A stretch of DNA of 64,000 bases from Octopus vulgaris (taxonomy: Eukaryota). The notes beneath the pieces are model-generated. The model was not told the origin of the DNA, did no database searches, and saw nothing but the letters and a program-made list of their open reading frames with translations. The stretch spans positions 19,034,001-19,098,000 of the forward strand of contig OX597819.1 in NCBI GenBank assembly GCA_951406725.2, given 5' to 3'. The position numbers were made by a program, and so were the translations under genes. Positions 1-13,217 of the stretch are shown here, one piece after another (positions within the stretch are counted from its first letter, which is position 1; each line of letters begins with the position of its first letter).

Positions 1-310
1 GAAATAAATTGCAGCATACACGTCTTCAAGTTCGCGATCCTGTCATTTGATTTTTACCCAACTCCGCTCCCGTCCCTATCACATACACAGAGACTGGCTA
101 CCCGAGTCTGTGCTATAGGGTCACTTACTACTACACTTAAACCTCTGCCTCACAGTCTCTTGGACAAATCACGCAGATGCAATGGTTCCTGACTTACAGG
201 GCTTGAGGCTTTTTCGGACAACATGAGACCAGACAGATTCGTGTCACCTGCTCACATGATAGGGCGTCTCACCTTCTCACACGTCACAATAACTATTTAA
301 ACAGTCCTGA

Positions 311-620
311 TTTTTATTTTGTTCCTTCTCGAGCCATGCCTGGCTCATAAGGGCCTGTTTCCCGGTTTACTTGTCGTATAGGTTCTCCTCCTGGACTGAA
401 CGCTGGTCCATCGCAGGTTAGCTGCTAGAAGCAGGAGGAAAGAGTGAGAGAAAGTTGTGGCGAAAGAGTCAGCAGAAGTTCGCCATTACCTTCTGCCGGA
501 GCCGCGTGAAGCTTAGGTGTTTCGCTCATAAACATATACATAGCCCGGTCTAAGATTCGAATCCGCAATGCCTCGACCGCGAAACCGCTGCTTTAACTAC
601 TAGGCCATGTGCCTCCACTA
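311..620 (-). mobile_element. tRNA-derived SINE, family A (shared head/core, tail type 1)
   Basis: Minus strand begins GTGGAGGCACATGGCCTAGTAGTTAAAGCAGCGG...GGATTCGAATC (A/B boxes). Core matches the copies at 7659, 19934 and 61598. 12-bp TSD AAACAGTCCTGA at 299-310 and 621-632. Confidence 0.9.
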
Positions 621-1315
621 AAACAGTCCTGAAACCCCACAGTGTCATCTTCCGAAAGTTTTTCATTGTCAGATCATTCTGTGCTGAATACAGCCTTGAA
701 AATGTCCAAGAGTTAATATCAACTACGTTACTCTAACCAGTCTCGAGGCTACCAGATACAAGGACACGAAACATTCACCACCTCCGAACAACAAAAACAA
801 CAAAATTATAAAATTTGGTTGAATATGAACACCTTGCGACGGGAATTTGGAAGACGGGCGCAAAATGTTAATTTGTGGGCTGATTGATTTCTACAAGACA
901 GATATGGATATTAGCGTTCGCCAATATATTTCTCAAACACACTGTATTGACCCACAACACAAACCTAATATTAAGTATAATGAAAACTGAAGTGATTCTA
1001 ACTAAAAACAACAATTCACTAATGTGGCGCTGCAGCAAATTAACCTCATGCGACGTCAAGTGAGCCGCACTGCAACATTAACAGCTGTATTTCCTATATG
1101 ATTATACACTTATTGTGTTATATATCATTTGTTCTTACGCATACCATATATTATGTATGTGCACGAGTGGGGAGTATTATATATTTTACATAAGGTTTGC
1201 TTTTGTTTTTCCTTAAGCCTGCATGTGTACGAAAATCCAGTTTTCGTTCAGTCGAGCTCCAAGTATCGACAGATGCTCCTGCATATATGTAGGTTTATTT
1301 CAGTGATTTTCTCCC

Positions 1316-1317
<2 letters not shown>

Positions 1318-1365
<48 letters not shown>

Positions 1366-1538
1366 CACGCACATATATGTATATAAATATGTGTGTATGT
1401 ATATGTATATAAGTATATATATGAATATATGTATGCATATATATGTGAATATATGCATGTATATATAAATGAATATATGTGTGTATAAATGTGTATATAT
1501 ATACATATATATATGTATATATATGTATATATGTGCAA

Positions 1539-1593
<55 letters not shown>

Positions 1594-1626
1594 CATAGAC
1601 ATACATGTATGATGATATATATACAC
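1318..1626. repeat. Compound (CT)n/(TA)n/(TG) microsatellite
   Basis: Directly visible; source of the YI/IY ORFs. Confidence 0.95.
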
Positions 1627-1889
1627 ATGCGAACGAACGGGTTTAGTAGATTAAATAGAATATTGAAAATAAGACCGTTCTAGGTGAGTCGTTGCATGTA
1701 CAGTCAATTAGGTAGCAAAAATAGCTAGCAAAACGCCTGGGAATATTCCGTTCAATAATCTGTAATTCTATCCAGGAGCTGATACGTTCTTCGATAGTCT
1801 TAACGCTAAATTAACCAGTATTCGCAATTGATGTTTGCCAAGATTTAATAGTATTTTTAACTTTCAATATGTAAGCACAAATCAGTACA

Positions 1890-2035
1890 GTGGAGTGATG
1901 AGAATCAGTAGAGCATCAGACCTAATGCCGTGCAGTGTTTGTTACTTCCCTTCAAGTTGTGAGTTCAAATTCCGCGGAGATTGATTTTTCGCTTTCATCC
2001 TTCTGGCCTTGTTAAATGTAAAATATCGGGCGCGT
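1890..2035 (+). mobile_element. Degenerate SINE family B fragment
   Basis: gagttcaaattccgcggagattgatttttcgctttcatcc resembles the family B core GAGTTCAAATTCCGCCGAGGTCGACTTTGCCTTTCATCC. Confidence 0.6.
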
Positions 2036-2264
2036 AATGGAACCGCAATGATCAAAGCCAAACTGCCATCACCGTGAAAACTACACACAAATAGCGTTCA
2101 TTGTAAACTCCGAGAAACGCTATTTATAACTGGCATCAATTGAACAAGTCATAGTAATAGCACCACCGCCGCCACCACCACCACCACTAACAGAAGTAAC
2201 AACATCAATAACAACATCAACCACAAGAACAAGAAAAATAATGACAATAAATTTATACATATTT

Positions 2265-2387
2265 ATTTATGTATATATGTATATACATGCATATACACAT
2301 ACAGATTTATTTATATATATATATATACATATACATATATAGATGTATATATATGCATACATATATATATATATATGTATATATATA

Positions 2388-2437
<50 letters not shown>

Positions 2438-2492
2438 TATATATGTATAGAAATGTATATACATATACACATATACATATATATGTATATGT

Positions 2493-2563
<71 letters not shown>

Positions 2564-2576
2564 CATATAAACACAG

Positions 2577-2632
<56 letters not shown>
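2265..2632. repeat. (TA)n/(CA)n/(TG)n microsatellite
   Basis: Directly visible. Confidence 0.95.
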
Positions 2633-2635
<3 letters not shown>

Positions 2636-3439
2636 ATAGTGTTCTCAAAACCTATCAGATATACGACTTTTCCGGGGGATCCGGAGAGTTTGAAAAATAT
2701 GTTATTTGCTAAATATAGGCACCAAATATCCCTGGAAATCGTAAACATTTGTTGTGAAAAGTAAGGCGTATAGGCGTGGCTAGGTATAGTAGCGGAGCCA
2801 GGGTAATCAGTCAGCACTAAACGTACTAGAAAGCGTACCTACCATTAACAGCCAGGAGCAAAACAACTGCAAGACTGCATTGCCACAACTGTTACGTGAC
2901 TACGTCCACCACTCACATCAGAAACAGTCGGCAAAAAATCTCTCACCACCGTCATTCCCACGGAAGTTACCCCTGTCTGAATCAGCAAGATAATTGCAAC
3001 CACCACCATGGCAGCTGGTACCAACACGATCACTACTACCACTGGCAACATAACTAGTGTCATCACCGCAGAGGTGACAGACTGAGAGAGGACAAGAACC
3101 TTCACACATTTTCAGCATTGCAAGATTTTGGAGTTATTTCTGTCAGAATAGAGCTGTCTTCAAGAATCCAAGTAATGCAATGTATTGGAGAGTAGTCGTA
3201 GATGCTGGTCATGTTGTTGTTCTTGTTGTTTGCTGCTACTATTGTTGTTGTCACATACTTTTTTATTTTGACGCTACTTTGCTTCAGAATTTGGTTAGTC
3301 ATAAATTTCCTTGGGAATTTTAAGCCCAGCTTCATCACTTTTATTTATTTATTTTTTGTTTTTGCTTTGAAACGAAATCTAGCTTCAAGCATCTTCTACA
3401 GATAATTTTTTAGACACTATTTTCTGAAACAGGTAAAAT

Positions 3440-3534
3440 TATGTAGAGGGTGCAAATTTTGCACCACCTGAAAATTCCAAGAGGTGCAGGTGCACCCGCT
3501 GCACCCCTTGTTCCCGGGCCCTTGACCGCAGTCT
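3440..3534 (-). mobile_element. Possible terminus of a non-autonomous DNA transposon (hAT-like GC-rich end)
   Basis: Reverse strand starts CAAGGGCCCGGGAACAAGGGGTGCAGCGGGTGCACCTGCACC, with repeated GGTGCA/TGCACC subterminal motifs. Partner end not found. Confidence 0.3.
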
Positions 3535-3615
3535 CCAGCGTGTTTACGGCAAAAAACGTCACTATACGCCCCAAATTTATCACCACTACAACCACTACAA
3601 CCGGTACTATTATAT

Positions 3616-3841
3616 ATTTAGTTACTGCCCACAAGGGGCTAAACATAAAGGGGACAAACAAGAACAGACAAACGGATTAAGTCAATTACATCGACCCCAG
3701 TGCGAAACTGGTACTTAATTTATCGACCCCGAAAGGATGAAAGGCAAAGTCGACCTCGGCGAATTTTGAACTCAGAACGTAACGACTGACGAAATACCGC
3801 TAAGCATTTCGCCCGGCGCGCTAACGTGTCTGCCAGCTCGG
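3616..3841 (-). mobile_element. tRNA-derived SINE family B (tail A)
   Basis: Near full-length copy (GAGCTGGCAGA...GTTCTGAGTTCAAAATTCGCCGAGGTCGAC...TTTAGCCCCTTGTGGG). TSD GG(T/C)ACTATTATAT at 3603-3615 and 3840-3852. Confidence 0.9.
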
Positions 3842-3873
3842 CACTATTATATCAACACGTTTACTACCACCAC

Positions 3874-4059
3874 TGGCAGAATCGTTAGCACGCCGGACGA
3901 AATGCCATCACGTTCTGAGTTCAAATTCCGCTGAGGTCGACTTTGCCTTTTATCCTTTCGGCTCCGAGAAATTAAGTACCAGTGAAACACTGGAATGGAT
4001 GTAAACGACTAATCCCATCCCCTCAAATTCCTGGCCTCGTGCCTTTAGGAGAAAAGCTA
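3874..4059 (+). mobile_element. tRNA-derived SINE family B (tail B)
   Basis: Same head/core as the preceding copy with a different tail. 14-bp TSD TTTACTACCACCAC at 3860-3873 and 4060-4073. Confidence 0.88.
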
Positions 4060-4349
4060 TTTACTACCACCACAACAATCCCATCTTGCAGCACCACTTC
4101 TCTCACATCTATTAACATCATTAGCATTCGAACTTGTACACTTTCTCCTTGATCTCCTAATAGCAACAAAACTACAAGATCCGCCGCTATAAACCAATGC
4201 AACTTGAACCGCCCTACAATCAAACTCACTGCTACAGTCTCTCGCAGCTTCACAACCAAAAACCCGGTGAAGCTACCAACATTTCCTCGACCATCGCCAC
4301 TGCAGCTAACGCCACTTGCCTCAACCATCGTTGCAATATCATTCACACC

Positions 4350-4993
4350 TACCACCACCACCACCACAAACTCCACCACCAAAACCACCACCACCAACAA
4401 CAACAACACAACCACCACCGCCGCCGCCGCTGCTGCTGCTGGTACTACTACTACTACTACTACTACTATAACTACTACTACTACTGCTACAACTACCAGT
4501 ACTACAACTACTAGTATTACTACTTTTGCAGATGTTGCTACAAATACTACTACTATTAATACTACTACTACTATTACTACTGCTGATGATATTACTACTA
4601 CTACTACTGCTAATACTACTACTACTGCTACTACCACCACCACCACCACTACTTCTACTACTATTGCTACTACTGTTACTACTACTACTACTACTACTAC
4701 TATTACTGCTGCTGATGATGTTGCTACAACTACTACTATTACTACCACTACTACCACTACTACTACTACTACTATAGCTGCTACTGTCACTACTACTAAT
4801 ACTAATAGTACTATAGCTGCTGCTGCCACTACTACTACTACTATTACTACAACTACTACTACTACCACCACCAACACCACTACTTCTACTATTATTGCTA
4901 CTACTGTTACTACTGCCGCTGTTACTACTACTACTACTACTACTGCTACTGCTACTGCTACTACTACTACTACTACTACTACTACCATTACAA

Positions 4994-5041
<48 letters not shown>

Positions 5042-5109
5042 TTACTATTACTACTACCTCTGCTACGCACGCTGTTACATTCACACGAAAACTGTCACCA
5101 TTATTATTA

Positions 5110-5167
<58 letters not shown>

Positions 5168-5175
5168 CATCATCA
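4350..5175. repeat. Degenerate (ACT)n/(ACC)n/(ATT)n trinucleotide array
   Basis: Directly visible; open in several frames (poly-T, poly-V, poly-S, poly-L). Confidence 0.92.
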
Positions 5176-5567
5176 TGCCACTACAATGGCCATAAACGCT
5201 GCCTTGAATCACCAACAGCTTCCACGAAGCATTTCTATTCATGAAGCTGCGTCCACTAATATCGCCATCAATATCGAGAGAACGAGACACTAACAGCACC
5301 ATTATCACCACCATTAGCACTCGAATCGATACCGCAATTACTACTAACGCCACCACTACTACTATCACCCCTACCAATACCATTACTACTACCACCATCA
5401 TCCCGTCGCTACTCCACCCCTCCGCTTATATGATTATTTCCATCTTGGTCACAATCAAAATTGCTAGCATCACCTTATGTCCAACAACAATGGCCATCAT
5501 ACCATTGGCACGACTGCAATCACCAGCATCTCTCACCAACACCGCCATCGCCATCGACATCACTGAC

Positions 5568-6190
5568 ACCACCACCATGGCCACCACCACCATGGCCACC
5601 ACCACCATGACCACTACCACCATCGTCACCACCACCATGGCCACCACCACCATGGCTACCACCACCATCGTCACCACCACCATGGCCACCACCACCATGG
5701 CTACCACCACCATCGTCACCACCACCATGGCCACCACCACCATCGTCACCACCACCACCATGTCCACCACCACCATCATCACCACCACCACCATGGCCGC
5801 CACCACCATCGTCACCACCACCATGGCCACCACCACCATCGTCACCACCACCACGGCCACCACCAGTATGGCCACCACCACCATCGTCACCACCACCATG
5901 GCCACTACCACCATGGCCACCACCACCATCGTCACCGCCACCATGGCCACCACCACCATCGTCACCACCACCATGGCCACTCCCCACCATGGCCGCTACC
6001 ACCATGGCCACCACCACCATGGTCACCACCACCATCGTCACCACCACCATGGCCACCACCACCATGGTCACCACCACCATGGTCACCACCAACATTGTCA
6101 CCACCACCATGGCCACCACCACCATCGTCACCACCACCATGGCCACTACCACCATGGCCACCACCACCACCATCGTCACCACCACCACTA
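5568..6190. repeat. 15-bp minisatellite ACCACCACCATGGCC / ACCACCACCATCGTC
   Basis: About 40 units of two alternating variants (TTTMA / TTTIV in one frame). Confidence 0.92.
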
Positions 6191-6726
6191 TCACCACGAA
6201 CGGCAACACTTCCACGTTTACAACGCATAACACCCAAACCTCGCTGCAAACTAACGACACCAATGGAACTACCACCGCGTCAGTTATTAACACCCAAACA
6301 ATGTACTTCCCCACCCATCCACCCACCCACCATACAAGCATCATCTACAGGTGCAACAACAGCAACAGCAACAACTATGCCGTTTTAGCCCGACTCCCAA
6401 CCCGAACCACATCTACCACAATCACTACCAACACTACAACTACAACTGCCAGCATTATTATCCCCCTCCTCCTCCACATCTGCCATCATCAATATCCTCC
6501 TCCCCCTCCTCCTCCTCCTCCTCCTCATCATCATCATCCTCATGCCCACCACCACAACCATCACCACCAACACCACTAACACCACCACCACTAACAATAG
6601 CAGTAAAATTTCTGCAGCTAGAGACGAAACCAATTCCATATCTAGAATGATTACCCCAATGATCACCCCCCCCCCAAAAAAAAAAAAACACCAAAAAAAA
6701 ACGAAAAGAACCGCTACAGCGTAAAC

Positions 6727-7258
6727 ACGCAGGAGAGTCTCTGTGATAAGAAGCTTGCTTCCCAACCAGATGGTTCCGGGTTCCGTCACAGTGCGTGGCA
6801 CCTTGGGCAAGTGTCTTCTGCTATAACCACGGGCCGACCAAAGTTTTGTAAGTAGATTTGGGAGACGGAAACTGAAAGAAGCGAGCTGGCAGAATCGTTA
6901 GGACGCCGGGCGAAATGCTAAGCGTATTTCGTCAGCGTTACGTTGTGATTTCAAATTCCGCCGAGGTCGACTTTGCTTTCATCCTTTCGGGGTCGATAAA
7001 TTAAGTACCAGTTACGCACTTGGGTCGATGTAATCGACTTTATACCTATGTCTGTCCTTGTTTGTCCCCTCTGTGTTTAGCCCCTTGTGGGTAATAAAGA
7101 AATAGGTATTTCGTCAGGCGTTACGACGATGTCGACTATGCCTTTCATTCTTCCGAGGTCAATAAATTAAAATACCAGTTACGCACTGGGGTGGATCTAA
7201 TCGTCTTAATCCTTTTGTCTGTCCTTGTTTGTCCCTTCTATGTTTAGCTCCTTGTGGG

Positions 7259-7338
<80 letters not shown>

Positions 7339-7535
7339 ATTCATGCATCTATGTTTGCCCCCCCACCATCGCTTGACAACCGAAGTTGGTGTGCTTATGT
7401 CGCCGTAACTTAGCGGTTCGACATGAGAGGTAGATAGAATAAGCAGTAGGCTTACAAACAATAAGCCCTGGTGTCCGATATGTGCATCTAAAAGGCGGTG
7501 TTCCTGCATGGCCGCAGTCAAATGACTGAAGCAAA
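6727..7535 (+). mobile_element. CORE-like tRNA SINE (family C), split by a nested family B insertion
   Basis: 5' part 6727-6882 (GCAGGAG...GGTTCCGGGTTC...CACCTTGGGCAAGTGTCTTC...GGAAACTGAAAGAAGC). 3' part about 7340-7535 (GCTTGACAACCGA...GCATGGCCGCAGTCAAATGACTGAA). Matches the intact copies at 58735 and 63186. Confidence 0.85.
6883..7261 (+). mobile_element. SINE family B, one full unit plus a head-less second unit
   Basis: Full unit 6883-7103, then a repeat restarting at GTATTTCGTC and running to the tail ...CTTGTGGGCAAT. Confidence 0.85.
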
Positions 7536-7552
7536 TTATAGGATAAAGGAAT

Positions 7553-7594
<42 letters not shown>

Positions 7595-7658
7595 TACTAC
7601 TACTACTACTACTACTACCATAAACCCTGCTGTTTTCATTATTACTAATAATACTACT

Positions 7659-8019
7659 GTGGTTGGCGCAAATGCCCAGAGGCTAGGCAGTGTTTTCCCG
7701 CTGTCGTAAGATTGCGGTTTCGATTCCAAGATCGAGAAAACACCTAAAGCTCCGTGAGGCTCCGGCAAGGAGTGTTGGCGAAACCCTGCTGTACTCTTTC
7801 ACCACAACTTTCTCTCACCCTTTCTTCCTATTTCTCTTGTACCCGTATTTCAAAGGGCCGGCCTTGTCACATTCTGTATCACGCTGAATCTCCCTGAATC
7901 TACGTTAAGGGTACACGTGCCTATGGAATACTCAGCCACTTGCACGTTAATTTCAGGAGCAGGCTGTTCCGTTGACAGGATTAACTGGAACATCTCGTCG
8001 TCGCGGCCGACGGAGTACC
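7659..8019 (+). mobile_element. SINE family A (tail type 2), diverged
   Basis: Aligns with the reverse complement of 19934-20318. Imperfect TSD ACTAATA(A/T)TACTA at 7644-7656 and 8020-8032. Confidence 0.85.
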
Positions 8020-8126
8020 ACTAATATTACTAACATCCACAATCACCATCTCCATAGTAACATAATTACCACATCTATCGCTCCTCTAACGCAACCACCA
8101 CCGACAGCACTATCACACATACAACT

Positions 8127-8169
<43 letters not shown>

Positions 8170-8859
8170 CTATCATCATCATCACCATCAGTAGCAGCAG
8201 CAGCAGCAGCAGCAGCATCGTCATATTTATGACTGCCAAGCAATCAGAAACACCATAATCATCATATAAGCCATCATTTCCCCTTAATCACCAGCATCGC
8301 CTCCATCACCGTTATCAGTTTCTTCACCATCTTTATCTCCATCCTTAATAAGACCACCACCACTACCACCACCACCACCACCACCAAGCGTCCACCATCA
8401 CCTTCATCTCCATCCATAATAAGACCACCACGACGACCACCACCAAGCGTCCACCATCACCTTCATCTCCACCACTACAACAACATCAACGACCACCGCC
8501 ACCACCACCACCATCGCCATCGTCGACAACTACCACTTAGACTCACCCATTACCTGATTCAATAATTCGTGATCGATAATAAATATAATTTTTGATTAAC
8601 AATTGGTTGGTTACTCACAACGTTCTGGGTTAATTGGGAAATCCTGAGAGTTGAAGAACTTTCTAGCATTGAAACGCATCACGGGGCCGGGTTCTAGCGA
8701 TTCCTTGTCCCAGTATTCTTATCATAACTAATCTTTGTATGTGTGTGTATGTGTGTGCGTGCATATGTGCGCTGGGGAAAGTGTGTATACTTGTGTGTGT
8801 GTATACATACGCACACACATGCACACGCATACACAATCTTTCACACACATATATGCAAG

Positions 8860-8897
<38 letters not shown>

Positions 8898-8992
8898 GTA
8901 TGTATATATATATATATATATATATATTTGTGTATGTATATCAATATATATATGTGTGCTTGAATATACAGGTGCATGCATACACACACATA

Positions 8993-9031
<39 letters not shown>

Positions 9032-9095
9032 GCACATGCATATGAATATGTATAGATATGTATATCTACCTATTTTTCTATTTATCTATGTATCC

Positions 9096-9160
<65 letters not shown>

Positions 9161-9587
9161 AAAGTTAGGCAATACTTCAAATTCAAAGGGCAAATTCACT
9201 GCAGTTGTAATGGAAAAATATTAAAAAAAAACCTCTTAGGCCTCTTATGGTCAGAGTGGTAAAAATTTTATATCTGCCTATTGTCGCCCTCTATTGGACT
9301 TCCAGGTCAGCATTTCCAACTCTTTAGCAGTTAAGAATCGGAAATATCGAAGAGAGTTAACACCGGAAAGATTTAGATTAAGAAACGGTGCGTCTCGTAA
9401 TCTGAGAGGAGGCAGCACTGCGTTGATGTTACGCTTTTTCACTGTTTACCTGAAGACAAAATCTCCTCTCCACTATAACTGCAACGAACTTCTCTATAGT
9501 AAGCGTAATGTATGTTAAAGATAATTTTACCTTACTAATACAGCTCGCTCTTGCCTAAACGCTGCTTGGCACTGAAACTGCTGAAGA

Positions 9588-9653
<66 letters not shown>

Positions 9654-9954
9654 TGTGTGTTTGTGTGTGTGCGTGTGTGCGCGTGTGTGTGCGTGTGCGT
9701 GTGTTTAGTTCATTGTTGGGGTAACACTCTATCCCGATTCCGTATATGTTCGAGGACATAGTTGAATGTGTCTTTGGATGTAATAATAATAATAATACAC
9801 GAGAAGAAAGAACGGGCATTCATTACGCCACAAAGAGAATATTGAATATTTGTTACACCTTGCTCATACGACAGGTAAATATTCATTATCTTGATGTCAT
9901 TTTTGGAAATGAAGCAGTCAGATATTTAGCCTACACTCTATAAAACCCGATATT

Positions 9955-10365
9955 CTTTTCTATTCTAGGCAGTGGGCCAGTTGATTGTATCGACCCTAGT
10001 ACCCATTTGGTACTTAATTTATCGACCCGAAAGGATGAAAGGCAAAGTCGACCTCAGCTGAATTTGAACTCAGAACGCAAAGACAAACGAAATATCGGTA
10101 TCCATTTCGACCGGCGTTCTAAATTTTCTACCAGCTGGCCGCCTTTAAATATTCTTTCTACTCTAGGTACAAGGCCCGAAATTTTTGGGGAGGGGCCAGT
10201 CGATTAGATCGACCCCAGTACCAATTGGTACTTAATTTATCGACCCCGAAATGATGAAAGGCAAAGTCGACCCCGGCGGAATTTGAACTCAGAACGTAAC
10301 AGCAAACGAACTATCGCTAAGCATCTCGCCTGGCATGCTACCGGTTCTGCTATCTCGCCGTCTTC
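9955..10365 (-). mobile_element. Tandem dimer of SINE family B (tail B)
   Basis: Two units (about 9955-10145 and 10150-10365) inside one 15-bp TSD ATAAAACC(C/T)GATATT at 9940-9954 and 10366-10380. Confidence 0.88.
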
Positions 10366-11091
10366 ATAAAACCTGATATTACGACTCGTAGGAGATTACA
10401 CACGATGTAATGCAAAGAGATGCAAATCACTTAATGCACCCGCGAAAAACAATAGTAAAGCATTTTTATACTTACAATATACAACTACATGTTCTGTGGA
10501 TATTGTGAACTTTATCAAGAGTCACATTTTGAGCTTGCAGAATTTGAGCTTGCACCAAGGCTAACTCAACTGCCAAGGGTGGATATTGCGATTAAGAGGT
10601 GAGTGCTGAAGAGTATCTGAAGAGATTGCGTTGGAACTATTGCTCTTTCAGATAATATAAAGATGGATATTAGGAGAGTTTTCCAATCTCATTTGGTGAT
10701 TTATTTCGATAACAGACAATCATCTCTTTTTGAGGAAATATTTTTGTTTCCTTCGTTATATTTCTATAAAGTATTTTAATTTGCAATTAATGTCTCAACT
10801 GTCATTTAAGCACGTGACATTTAACGTGGTAGGGATGTTAGGTGTGGTAGGTCACTGGAAAGGAAACTTCGATGTCACTTTCTTCACTAAAGACAGAAAA
10901 TACATTGAATTTGAACATTATGAAAACAATGAATGGCAGATAATAGGCCTTCCAGTAGAGACAAGTACTGAAAGATTTCTTCGACCAGGTTTCACTTTAC
11001 GCTTCGGAGTCCTGAACTGGATGCAAGAGAGAAAAAAACATATTGCTAGAAAATTGTCAGAAGTCGCATAGTTAGCTAGGAATCGTATTTG

Positions 11092-11128
<37 letters not shown>

Positions 11129-11814
11129 ATAGTGAGAGAGAGAAAATGAATGATGCTGCAAGCACGAGCATTGAGGATGATAGGAACATGCGACCCAGAG
11201 TCGCAACATCTGGCTCAACAAAACTCATTCTACTGAGTGACGAAAATTTTACGTCGTTAGGTAAGCTCGGGCAACTCACGGTGGAAAGTGATAAACATCG
11301 GCACAGATTTTTCACCTATATTTAGAGAAAGTGCACATCGTCCTAGATTTCTATTAAGACATTTAACAATTCGGCTGATAGATTTCAACCTGTTTTTCAT
11401 CTATGAAATACGTGAAACTTTATAATATGTGTGCAGTCGTTTGCTTAATATTTTCGGATTGCTGTATTAAGCTTCGCCCACTGAATCGATGAGGTCATAT
11501 TTTTGTTGTCTTAGTTTGCATGACATCAAATATCATTTGACACGTGTCTATGCCACGCTTTATATGAAGATTTATCATCGTATGAATATCTATGCATAAA
11601 TACACACATAGGATCACTGCAGGGTCCCGTGTTTGTGCGTGCATTCATGTTTGTTTTTCTATTTCTCTCTTTGTGAGTATGTCTGTATTTATGTGTGCGC
11701 ATATGCGCGTGTTTACATTTTGTCGCTTAATGCCATGAGAAGTTCAATTAAAATAATGTATTATAAAACATTTATGAACAGACACGTTCCAACAGTGTCC
11801 TATTTTCTTTGCAG

Positions 11815-11960
11815 AGAAGAGAAGAATGACCTATATAAAACCACTGTGAACACCTGGTCAGAATGTCTAATGGAATGCTGGATATTGTAACCGTCAGCAC
11901 TTAATTGATGCGGCAATGGGCTACCTGGTGGCGTGGGCCCATCACTCAAAGATCTAAGAG
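11815..11960 (+). other. Candidate spliced exon (146 nt; non-coding or 5'UTR/first coding)
   Basis: Acceptor tattttctttgcAG and donor GAG|GTAAGT. All three full-length frames contain stops. Confidence 0.3.
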
Positions 11961-13130
11961 GTAAGTAACGTTATATAATTCTTTGGAATTCTAGCATATG
12001 ACTAGGGTTGAACTGATGTTATTGCAGACTAAACGTTGAGCAGAGAGCTGCAACGGAAAGCTGTGTGAATCTAAAACAAAATTCTATACTTTGGTGTACA
12101 TTGTGTATGTGGTTTTGAATGTATTCGTTGTATGTGTGGATATGTGTGCGTTTGTGTGTGCGTGCGTGCGTGAATGTGTGTATGTGTGTACGTTTGTATA
12201 ATTGTGTGGATATATGTGCTTCTGTATTTGCATGCATGTGTGCATCAAGAGTGAAAAAATACCTAGATGGAAATACTGAAAGGAGACAAATAATGAAAAG
12301 ACAGCGAAGGAGAGAGAAAGACAGGAAAGGTAGAAGGAAAGGAGCCGAGACTGAGCTTGAAAAAAAAAAGAGACAAGGGAAAAAGGAAAGAAATAAGAAA
12401 AAGGAGAACAATATAAACAAAATAAAGAGAAAACGAAAGTGATTTCCATATCAAGACAACGTCAGCATTCAGTCGAACAAAAGGCAATTTCAGTTCATAT
12501 ATTAATCGGTTATACACACACCATTTTCCTGGTTATTTACGATGAGAGCGAGGTTTGTCTCCACAGCAGAGAATGTGAAAACTAAATGGATCGACGCAAC
12601 CATCGTTTGCCGCCATATTTTTCATGAATACAACTTGGTCGTCTGATTCACTGATTATGATAATGGCTATTCAACGACTAATGCAATTGATTGGTCACAT
12701 TGACAGACACTTTAACCTCGTTTCAAACCGAATTTGGTTCATTTGGAAGAGATATTGTGCCACACATGTTTTAACAGAAATACTGCACAGAATTCTGTAT
12801 TCCTATTTAAATTCTTCTATTTGAGATAAATACATTATGTGGCCGTGAACAAATTTTATTTCAATCCGATAAATAGATTAACATAGTAGTACAATGATTA
12901 ACATTGACCGTTCCTGTAACGATCCTATCTACACGGTAAGAATGTGGTTATGCGAAAATATTAGAGATTCTCTATCTGCCTGTGTGGATCTTGGCGAGAG
13001 AGCTTTGTGCGTGCTTTCAGGCGACTGATAAAGAAAGATTTGCTCTTCGGACCTTGCTCAAATTTATTCTTTCAACACACCCACCTTATTCTCAAGAATC
13101 ACTAGATATAAACAAAGAGATAAGAGCATG

Positions 13131-13216
13131 CCCACGGGCATATGGCGTAGTGGTTTAGAGCGCGGGCTATTAACCCCAAGATTCAGAGTTCGATTCCAGG
13201 CAGTAACCTGAATAAA
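13131..13216 (+). mobile_element. tRNA-like Pol III head of the tRNA-(TAA)n-hammerhead element
   Basis: A box TGGCGTAGTGG (13143-13153) and B box GTTCGATTCC (13188-13197). Near-identical to 44109-44188. Confidence 0.8.
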
Positions 13217-13217
13217 A

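Noticed and set aside
4023-5244. 346-353 aa poly-Thr and poly-Val ORFs as a mucin or membrane protein
   Set aside because: Trinucleotide array with no ATG start, signal peptide or domain, and flanked by SINEs.
8326-8470. Tandem duplication of about 60-66 bp
   Set aside because: Local slippage in ACC/ATC-rich simple sequence.
10730-11071. 113-aa complex-looking ORF
   Set aside because: No recognisable homology and a non-ATG start; it could be chance.
12914-13113. Solo LTR (TGTAAC...ACA)
   Set aside because: No TSD, second copy, PBS or PPT seen.
13131-13210. Functional tRNA gene
   Set aside because: Acceptor, anticodon and T stems pair poorly, there is no oligo-T terminator, and the two copies differ in the anticodon loop.
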